Program-made: the position numbers and the translations under genes
Notes under the pieces: model-generated
Databases searched by the model: none
What the model was told of the DNA's origin: nothing
The model's input: the letters and a program-made list of their open reading frames with translations, nothing else
DNA from: Phoronis australis
Taxonomy: Eukaryota > Animalia > Phoronida
Direction: 5' to 3'
Assembly: GCA_002633005.1 (NCBI GenBank)
Contig: NMRA01000606.1
Location: 107,394-171,393 of the forward strand
Length of the DNA stretch: 64,000 nucleotides
Part shown: positions 58,301 to 64,000 of the stretch, piece by piece
Numbering within the stretch: the first letter of the stretch is position 1
Layout: every line of letters starts with the position of its first letter

Positions 58301-58486
58301 AATTTGTAAGAACAATGTCGGTATTTTTCAATAACTAGCTGTTCAGGTACATGTATAAGTTAGGAAAGGTTCAATGGTTTATTGTTCATAGAAGTCTAAA
58401 AAGCTTCAAATACTTATACTGTGTCGTTAAAGTTACGATTTAATTTCTTTGCAGTTGCTAAAGAAACGCAAAGACCTAGAATTTAA
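30946..58486 (+). CDS. Spliced gene: secreted VWD-domain protein (~437 aa; FCGBP/zonadhesin/mucin-type VWD plus degenerate C8)
   Basis: Exons 30946-31310, 32626-32645, 49449-49738, 53463-53681, 54676-54776, 55439-55536, 57843-58031 and 58455-58486 are GT-AG and phase-compatible (1314 nt). AATAAA at 58544. Linking the first two exons across a 16.8-kb intron is inferred. Confidence 0.7.
32626..32645 (+). CDS. Putative 20-nt micro-exon (RDFCSDF)
   Basis: Strong TTTCTACCTTTTCAG acceptor, GTACGA donor. Converts phase 2 to phase 1, as needed to join the VWD exon. Confidence 0.45.
32900..34700 (+). mobile_element. Penelope-like retroelement remnant (RT C-terminus plus GIY-YIG), interrupted by a MITE
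   Basis: Encodes LLFLCLRRTY.MFN.SHYIQQHGCAMGSPASP...WLRYVDDTFVII...GKLPFLD...TDHYLQF. An extra partial RT copy lies at ~32900-33020. Confidence 0.9.
33104..33502. mobile_element. 399-bp MITE (P/hAT-type) with 8-bp TSD
   Basis: 26-bp TIR CACAGGCGTGCTCAGCTTCTGATCGT (1 mismatch). TSD CATTCAAC at 33096-33103 and 33503-33510. Confidence 0.92.
35050..37440 (-). mobile_element. Degenerate CR1/L2-type LINE (EN-RT remnants)
   Basis: Fragments KAP..YGIISEILK, NNYRGIPLLSVINKVFTKILN, YSVGIIQGC and EN-like NGRWGRDMEGKFTF. Many frameshifts. Confidence 0.8.
38426..39294. mobile_element. Non-coding 869-bp element, Crypton/DIRS-like architecture
   Basis: Flanked by an ATAAA direct repeat. The 5' ~165 bp is a long palindrome. 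Internal 38576-38605 is complementary to both termini. Confidence 0.65.
39138..39210 (+). other. tRNA-derived Pol III promoter-like sequence (not an intact tRNA)
   Basis: A box TGGTGTAGTGG and B box GGTTCGACTC at tRNA spacing. No acceptor stem. Confidence 0.6.
39970..40110. repeat. Two adjacent ~70-bp micro-MITE-like units
   Basis: CATGGGCGGCGCAAC...CAGCCCCCTG..GCGC...CATG, similar to 41830-41900. Confidence 0.55.
40190..40520. repeat. Degenerate palindromic minisatellite (TTTTCCGCCGCGGCGGAAAA-like units)
   Basis: Repeated TTTCC/T..CGCGG..GGAAA units every ~20 bp. Confidence 0.7.
40979..41299 (+). mobile_element. 321-bp ISL2EU-like miniature element with THAP N-terminus
   Basis: TIR AGGTCCGTCCCAGATTA / TAATCCGGGACGGTCCT (2 mismatches), AT on both sides. 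Internal PKSTKYYCCAVGCNSD...KYP. Confidence 0.7.
41830..41900. repeat. 71-bp micro-MITE
   Basis: Imperfect TIR CATGGGCGACGCA / TGCGCCGACCATG. Confidence 0.6.
43563..43660 (+). repeat. G-rich (GGGTCGA)n-like degenerate tandem repeat
   Basis: Repeated GGGTCGAGGG / GTGGGTCG motifs. Confidence 0.75.
46695..46842. mobile_element. Short MITE (related to 54876-55050)
   Basis: TIR TCGGAACACCT / AGGTGTTTCCGA, with subterminal TAGTCTC / GAGACTA. Confidence 0.55.
48330..49110 (+). mobile_element. L1/Tx1-type LINE 3' remnant (zf-RVT)
   Basis: HRRIFTNITLYKIGLVQSDKCPYCDELQTILHMFYYCTCVRTFW contains the CxxC...H....C zinc knuckle. Confidence 0.8.
49449..49738 (+). CDS. VWD exon (N-terminal half)
   Basis: CTTCCACCTAG acceptor. 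Encodes AVCSGTGDPHWKTFDSLHYDFHGYGKDCLYIMSELC...FQVLTRQ; GTAAGG donor. Confidence 0.92.
49824..52828. repeat. 1.5-kb tandem duplication joined by a single N (49824-51325 / 51327-52828)
   Basis: Near-identical copies with scattered SNPs and indels. N at 51326. Confidence 0.95.
51697..52870 (-). mobile_element. Non-autonomous Kolobok element (family B) with THAP remnant; truncated duplicate at 50192-51325
   Basis: TIR AGAGTTCCCACTATG / CATGGTGGGAACTCT with TTAA on both sides. ORF 52355-52621 reads GGCS...SVFKFPK...AQKWHRFV...LSHFEESC. Confidence 0.88.
53463..53681 (+). CDS. VWD exon (C-terminal half)
   Basis: TTTTCAG acceptor. Encodes INGLPVTVP...TNFGLKV...VRVELPASYAKRVCGLCGNFNGNSN; GTAAGT donor. 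Confidence 0.92.
54676..54776 (+). CDS. VWD gene exon (DD...SWIVP)
   Basis: TTCTGTTGCAG acceptor supplies the conserved DD after CGNFNG. Encodes DDTTIINGFDECQDPGALSWIVPNCACDGKKNP; GTGAGA donor. Confidence 0.8.
54876..55050. mobile_element. Short MITE (related to 46695-46842)
   Basis: TCGGAACACCTAGG ... GAGACTAC..CCGAAGTGTTCCGG. Confidence 0.5.
55439..55536 (+). CDS. VWD gene exon
   Basis: CTCTGCGTTTCAG acceptor; phase 2 to 1. Encodes KCWTPCRKHTTRRNVFEGVTANNLQVARKFFEI. Confidence 0.65.
56027..56295. mobile_element. hAT-like MITE
   Basis: TIR CATGCGCGCACCCAG / CTGGTTGCGCGCATG with GAGCCCCC subterminal motifs. TSD not evident. Confidence 0.65.
56274..57310. repeat. 518-bp tandem duplication joined by a single N (56274-56791 / 56793-57310)
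   Basis: Near-identical copies. N at 56792. Confidence 0.95.
57843..58031 (+). CDS. VWD gene exon, degenerate C8-like domain
   Basis: CTCTCTGCAG acceptor, GTAAGT donor. Encodes ...LLRNAAFDLDHKAPRCAVFETIAGEVEGANPQWKKVFNC. Confidence 0.75.
58455..58486 (+). CDS. VWD gene probable last coding exon
   Basis: TTTCTTTGCAG acceptor. Encodes FAKETQRPRI-stop; AATAAA ~60 nt downstream. Confidence 0.55.
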
Positions 58487-60258
58487 AAACGAAATGCTGG
58501 GATCTTTAGTCAGTAAACCGAATAAGATGTAACTGTGCCACGAAATAAATCACTTCCTAAGATATGCGAATTGTAAGTTTCAGTATACAATGAAAGGCTT
58601 TCACAGAGTTCAGCATGTTGATTTTCGTACCTCATAATTATGTCATCGTAAAGTCAACGTATTGACCGAGTGTGAAAATCAATCATTGTTTCATACCCCA
58701 GAATCAGTAATTTATCACACGAAGCAACATTTATGTGTGGGCTTTCGACCGCAGGTCATTCACTTGTGCGGTCGGTTAGCTACCGGTGTTTTACCCTAAA
58801 ATCAGGTGGAGAGATTCTGAAACAACCTCCTGGGGATGCTCGGAATACACAAAGGAACACTCGATTATAGTTTGCCATATTTCGAAAGTTCTACATAAAT
58901 GTAACCTTGAGTCTTCGAAATAAATAGTTTGACTTGTGGACAGTTTTGATGGAGGGATTGTAGAAGGCAGTTTTACATCCTTATTGCATCCAGCCAGTCC
59001 ATGATACAGTGTTCATGCCAGAGTAAAACTCATGACAGTCGTTACAGTTCACCTGATAAACTACATTTTTTCCTTGCATGGTATCTAAACTGAATGGAGA
59101 AAATACTTTTTGCTACTCCGCCGTTTTTCAACTGAATTGCACAAGAGCCCCATCATTAGTAAGTCCTAGCTCTTAGTATTGTATGATTGCACCAAAAGAA
59201 AAAAAGAGACGTAATTTCATTCCTAAATAATTGTTATTTTACATATTTTACGGGCTCAAAATACTGTTTAGTTAAAAAACAGGAGTGTAACCAAAACGCA
59301 GAAAACAACAGAGTGCCATAATGAAAGCCTAATTGGCTGTTTAATTAATCAATGTGTAAAGTAATTAACCTATAATGTCGATTTAGTGGGTAATAGTAAC
59401 ATAAAAGGGAATTGACTAATACTAATTGGGTTTAAAATCAACAATGAAATAGTTTCAGTGAGTCTCGAGATTGTCACCGGTTAAATATTTGAGAGTATGG
59501 GTTCCTCATAAGGGCTGTGAAGAGTTTAGTCAGACATTCGTATAAAATTATGCACCATATAATTAATTGGACCTTTGATGCCGTTTTGTGTAACTACAAT
59601 CTTCAGTAAAAAATCAGGATGCAATAGCATTTTCAAACAATTTAATGAACTAGTTATTTTATCCCCTTATCCAAAATTTGCAGATAAAGTTTTTCATATA
59701 GGCAAATGTTTATTGAAACACACTGTGTATAGCTCATTACAATGGTTCTAGTTGATGATTTTACATAGAAATCTCGCAACAAATTCGTTTCTTCACAAAA
59801 AAAGATTGGAAAGACAGTGGTCCTCGAATATAACAATATCTATTACTATTAGGAAAATGCTATTTGGAATACTTGTATAATTGTCAAAATTCAAGAATAC
59901 AAAAACCAGAAAACTGCATTGAAAAGCGGGTGTATGCCAAAACGTAACAATGAAATGTTCGCCGCAGCACTCAAGAATTCTCTACAGCGTTGTTTGTTGC
60001 TGTAACGCCCAAAAGCACGGGACAGCGATGTAAGTTGAACCTGAAACTGTTGATGTCGCAAAAACCCATGAACGTCCCGACATTTTTTTCTGTTCAGTCG
60101 AACGGAAAAATAGGACTATGTTGCGCGGAAAATCACAATAGTACCAATATGTCAGTTTTTTCCCGTTTGTCATGAAACGAGGCATTTTGATGGTGTAGCG
60201 GGATGGTGGGAAAAAATCAAAAAGTGGGACAGACCACGAAGAGTGGGAGGGTTGTTAA

Positions 60259-61771
60259 AGGAGCATGCCACCCAAAAAACAACCTAATTTGAATCAATTT
60301 AGATCGAGTAGTTCTACTCCATAACGACACGTACGGTTGCGTTACCTGACACCTGACGGCAGACGGAGGTGTTGAAATTATCCAATGACGTCATCGGTTT
60401 CACACGCAGTCTGTTCAGCAGTTCACAACACGGGTTATTAGTGTCAGCTTATCGCTTGAAGTCATCGTTTAACACCAATAAATCATCAAACTTTGATGTA
60501 AAACCCTTCAAAATACACCGAGTTCTTATAAAAACGTGTTGTTTTATTTCGCTCTTACGGATTTATTGGTATTTGGAAACACCGTAGCCTACAAACTTCG
60601 GCAGGCCAATAAGGTCCGTAGCAGGAGTTTGGGATCTGTTCGGAGATAATTTCAAAGTATTTTCCGTGAGATGAAGACAGGAGAACCTAGATCTGTGTTG
60701 TTTAGACTTGTGATTTTTTGAGTTCTAAACACAAAACGCTTGTTAGCCTGGCCAGAGGCTCGGAGCCCGATCAGGCCCGTCGCGGCCGGCCGGATTGACT
60801 CCGGCGTTATCCCCGCCAGTGGCTCGGAAACTGATCAGACATTAGGAACATAAACCAGCCAATGTTCAGTGGAAATTAAACTTCCAGTCAAGAAAGCACT
60901 ATACTAGTTCGCCAAAGTAATGTGCACCTGATTATGTTGGTGAATTAGCCACGAAACTGCAAATCTACTTACTCGTCGGGGGCCGCGTATTTAGGTTCCG
61001 CTTTGGCTACAGCACCGTCAGGGCAGAAGTTGTACATTGACAATCATTATTTGAGTAATGTAAACGTAAATAAAGATTACCCTAACACCTGGCCGTGGGA
61101 TGGAAATCGTGTTTTTCACAACACTTTCTGCCAGCTAACACAAAAGTATTGGTTAAGGTGAGAATACTTCATTTTGAAACAGAATGCTCAGTAATAAACG
61201 CCAACATGGCAACTCGCAATCCCGACTTAGGACGAGCTAGAGCTCACCAGTCTCGACTTCGCAGGTGGATCGTTAAGTTTTACAGGCTATCAATTCGAAC
61301 AGGAATACAGTGATGGAGAAATACTAGAGAGGCGCCGTGAACAAGCTCAGACAACGGAACGTATGGAGTTATTTGGTAAGCCGGCATTCGTCAGGCACAG
61401 TCCAGTACGTCCGCAGGTCACAGACACGGAGATAATTCACGGCCTTATACTTGCTATTTACAGCGTACATTTCATTCTTCACTACCATGAGCCACTTCCT
61501 AAATATTTCGGACTCTTGAGGAAGTAAAAAAAAACGATATTCCCGCTTTCCTCGCAGCTGCTTAGTTCGGACAAGCGGGAACGATACCACCACAACATAG
61601 CGGCATTCACTCTGCATATGAACCACTGACGTCGCTAGCGTCGTTTTTCACCTTCCTCACAGGTTAACGCGACACCTCTTGGCAAGGTAAGGTCGACCGT
61701 ATGCGAGGCGATGTGGATATAGACCGATTAAGACGGCAAAAAAGACTAATTAAATCGGGTGGCATTCTCCT
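60259..61771 (-). mobile_element. Non-autonomous Kolobok element (family A, copy 2, inverted)
   Basis: TTAA-AGGAGCATGCCACCC ... GGGTGGCATTCTCCT-TTAA. Colinear reverse-complement homology to 26004-27698. THAP remnant RKWLMVVKNE..LRVC. Confidence 0.9.
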
Positions 61772-62975
61772 TTAAGTACGCTTTCGGTATTGGACTGGGT
61801 TCGTTTATAAAGAAAATTTTTCATTTTTGATTTAGTGTAACGAGTACAAGTAAAGGCTAAACATTACACTGCCGCTCAGAAATCGGATTAACATCTGGAC
61901 ATCAGGTAAATACTGGGAAAAGGAATTGCATTGGAAGCAATACAAAGCGATAATCACATAATACATATCCCACATACATAGGAATACTACTGCCATATCT
62001 ATATACTAAAGCGCTTAATTCGGACCCGGATGTTGACATTGGACTCCGTCGGGCATAAACAACTCGAGAGCGGCCGCAAGGACAGCCGCCTCCGCCCAAC
62101 ACCTCATTCCATTCGATCCCCCGACGGAAAAGCGCCGGGTTTTACGGCAGTGAAACCCTAGGCGTGTTTTTGTTTTTTTCTTTGTCTTACTGAGTCGTGG
62201 CTTCGGTCGATCCGGCGAACTAGCTACTTTCTCGAAGCCAAACACAATTCGGGTAAAGATACTATAAAATCTTTGATTCGGGGGTATTCGTCCGCGGTCT
62301 GCGTTTACCGTTTACGCCTATTATATTCAGTGCTCAATATTCGGCGGCGAGAGAATTCAAGGAAACTATGCCAACGTTGAATAATTCTCTGAAATTCGAG
62401 TAAAGCGAAGGGGCGACCTCGTTATTTTATGCGCACCCGTTCGCCGCCGCCACAGAGTCGACTGTTCAAAAGTTTCGAGTTTCCCGTTTTAATCATTTAT
62501 TTCGGCAGGTCCCGATGTGGAATCAGTCCGCCTGCGGAATATTATGGTCATAAACAGTAGATAATCACCACATTTTTACACTTTGGGTTTAAATTTAATG
62601 GTAAACAAAGACGGTCTACCCTCGGGGCTTTGCTCGGAGTGTCCCGCATCAAGTCACGGGTGTTTGCGGTGTTTATCTGGGTCAACCTTTGCCACATTGG
62701 ATTGGTACAGTATAACATAATCCCGCTGGGCACTTTTGATTTAATGGTTTAAAAGTTTTCAAGTTATCAAAATAAGATTCACCACGTCTAGAATCGCATT
62801 CATATCTTCATGCATGACACTTTCATGTTGTTGTGTGTGTCATGCCACATAATAGTCAGTGATAATCTAAACCTGTCAGAAAGACCTAACTGGACTGGAC
62901 ATGACAGGCATATTTTGCTATGCGCAAAAAGATCGTGTGTTGCAGGTTACTCAAACCGCATAGGAGCATCGGCAA

Positions 62976-63115
62976 ACCTTCCCCGAGTTCAGTAACGCTA
63001 GGACATCGCTGAACAGCAAGACTTCGCAAGATTACGTGATATGTTGCCTTGTATTTTAAACGAGAACACGTGATTTTGGCTAGATTTTTTGCGAGGTTCT
63101 AGCATTACTCAATGA
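62976..63115 (-). mobile_element. ~155-bp MITE, copy 3 (diverged, inverted)
   Basis: AGCAAGACTTCGCAAGATTACGTGA...GTATTTTAAA.GAGAACACGTG is the reverse complement of the 14398/30238 interior. Confidence 0.7.
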
Positions 63116-63220
63116 ACTTTGAAGCGACAGGTTAAAAGTGATGGTGGAGAACACTCAACAGCATATTATTTATAATGACTTATTCTTATTAAAATGACAT
63201 AGGCAAAAAAATGAATTTTG

Positions 63221-63490
63221 GGCCTCAAAAGCGAGGCCACTTATATTAATATGGAGGGCCTTGCCGAAAAGCGGCCAGAGAGCGGGGCCACAATATATCA
63301 ATATAGATGGCCTCGCTCATCGGCCGCCTTTCAGGGAGGCCCTTTTATAATAATATAGGCGGCTTCGCCGAAAGGCAGCCAGAGAGTGGGGCCACCGATA
63401 TTACTATAGGCGCCACGCCGGAAGGCGGCCTATCAGCGAGGCCCTCTATTTTAATATAGAGACCCGTCGGAAGGGGACTGACTAGCGAGA
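63221..63490. repeat. ~51-bp degenerate tandem repeat (about 5 units)
   Basis: G.G.GGCC-[AT-rich ATATTAATAT]-GGCC recurs at ~63231, 63282, 63333, 63386 and 63436. Confidence 0.7.
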
Positions 63491-63956
63491 ATTCACATGC
63501 CAAAATTCACGTCATTTCTTCTTCTCGTTGTGGCACCCCAGCACTGTTGAAAAATGATGAAAATACGTCAAAGCCGCCATTTTGAAAAGAACTATAGTTA
63601 AGCAGCACTCGATAATAGCATTCTACAAAAAATATCACAGCAAAAATTTAGAAGCAATTGGGCAACGCTAACGGCATGCTTTTCGCGATGTCTATTTGTA
63701 TCATAAAATGGCCACCATATTGCACAAACTTTGTCAAATCCATCCGAAAACAGAAACATATCATCTTTTCTTTAATAGAAAGTATTTATCAATTTTCATA
63801 AAAGTCTGTCAAGAAACTACAGGGAAACAAAGGAAGATCGGAAAAAAATAAATGGCCACTAGGGGGCAATGTGCCTGAAAGTTGTCAAAGGTCTAATCTC
63901 AACTTGATATGAATACACTTGCCAGTTGCATAACCAAAGCAAATGATGCAAAACGT

Positions 63957-63957
<1 letters not shown>

Positions 63958-64000
<43 letters not shown>
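63958..64000. repeat. (TG)n microsatellite
   Basis: Pure TG run to the window end. Confidence 0.98.

Overview
AT-rich, intron-containing eukaryotic DNA, most likely an invertebrate animal. No prokaryotic operons, CRISPR arrays or rRNA were seen. Two spliced host genes can be reconstructed by hand. (1) A minus-strand PARP14-like gene (at least 7 coding exons, ~20719 to 3284) built from PARP14/NMI-type RRM repeats and a KH-like block; no macro, WWE or catalytic exon is visible in the window. (2) A plus-strand gene for a secreted protein (~437 aa, 8 phase-compatible exons, 30946 to 58486) with a signal peptide, a Cys-rich N-terminal module, one GDPH-containing VWD domain and a Cys-depleted C8-like tail. 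The rest is a dense, nested set of transposon remnants: THAP-bearing non-autonomous Kolobok (TTAA TSD) and ISL2EU-like (AT TSD) elements, Penelope-like retroelements with inverted termini and hammerhead-like cores, CR1/L2- and L1/Tx1-type LINE remnants, a Tc1 remnant, a tRNA-derived SINE and several MITEs. One unusual 869-bp element carries an internal reverse-complement copy of its own circle junction. Two N-flanked tandem duplications are probably assembly artefacts. All calls come from reading the sequence; no database searches were run.
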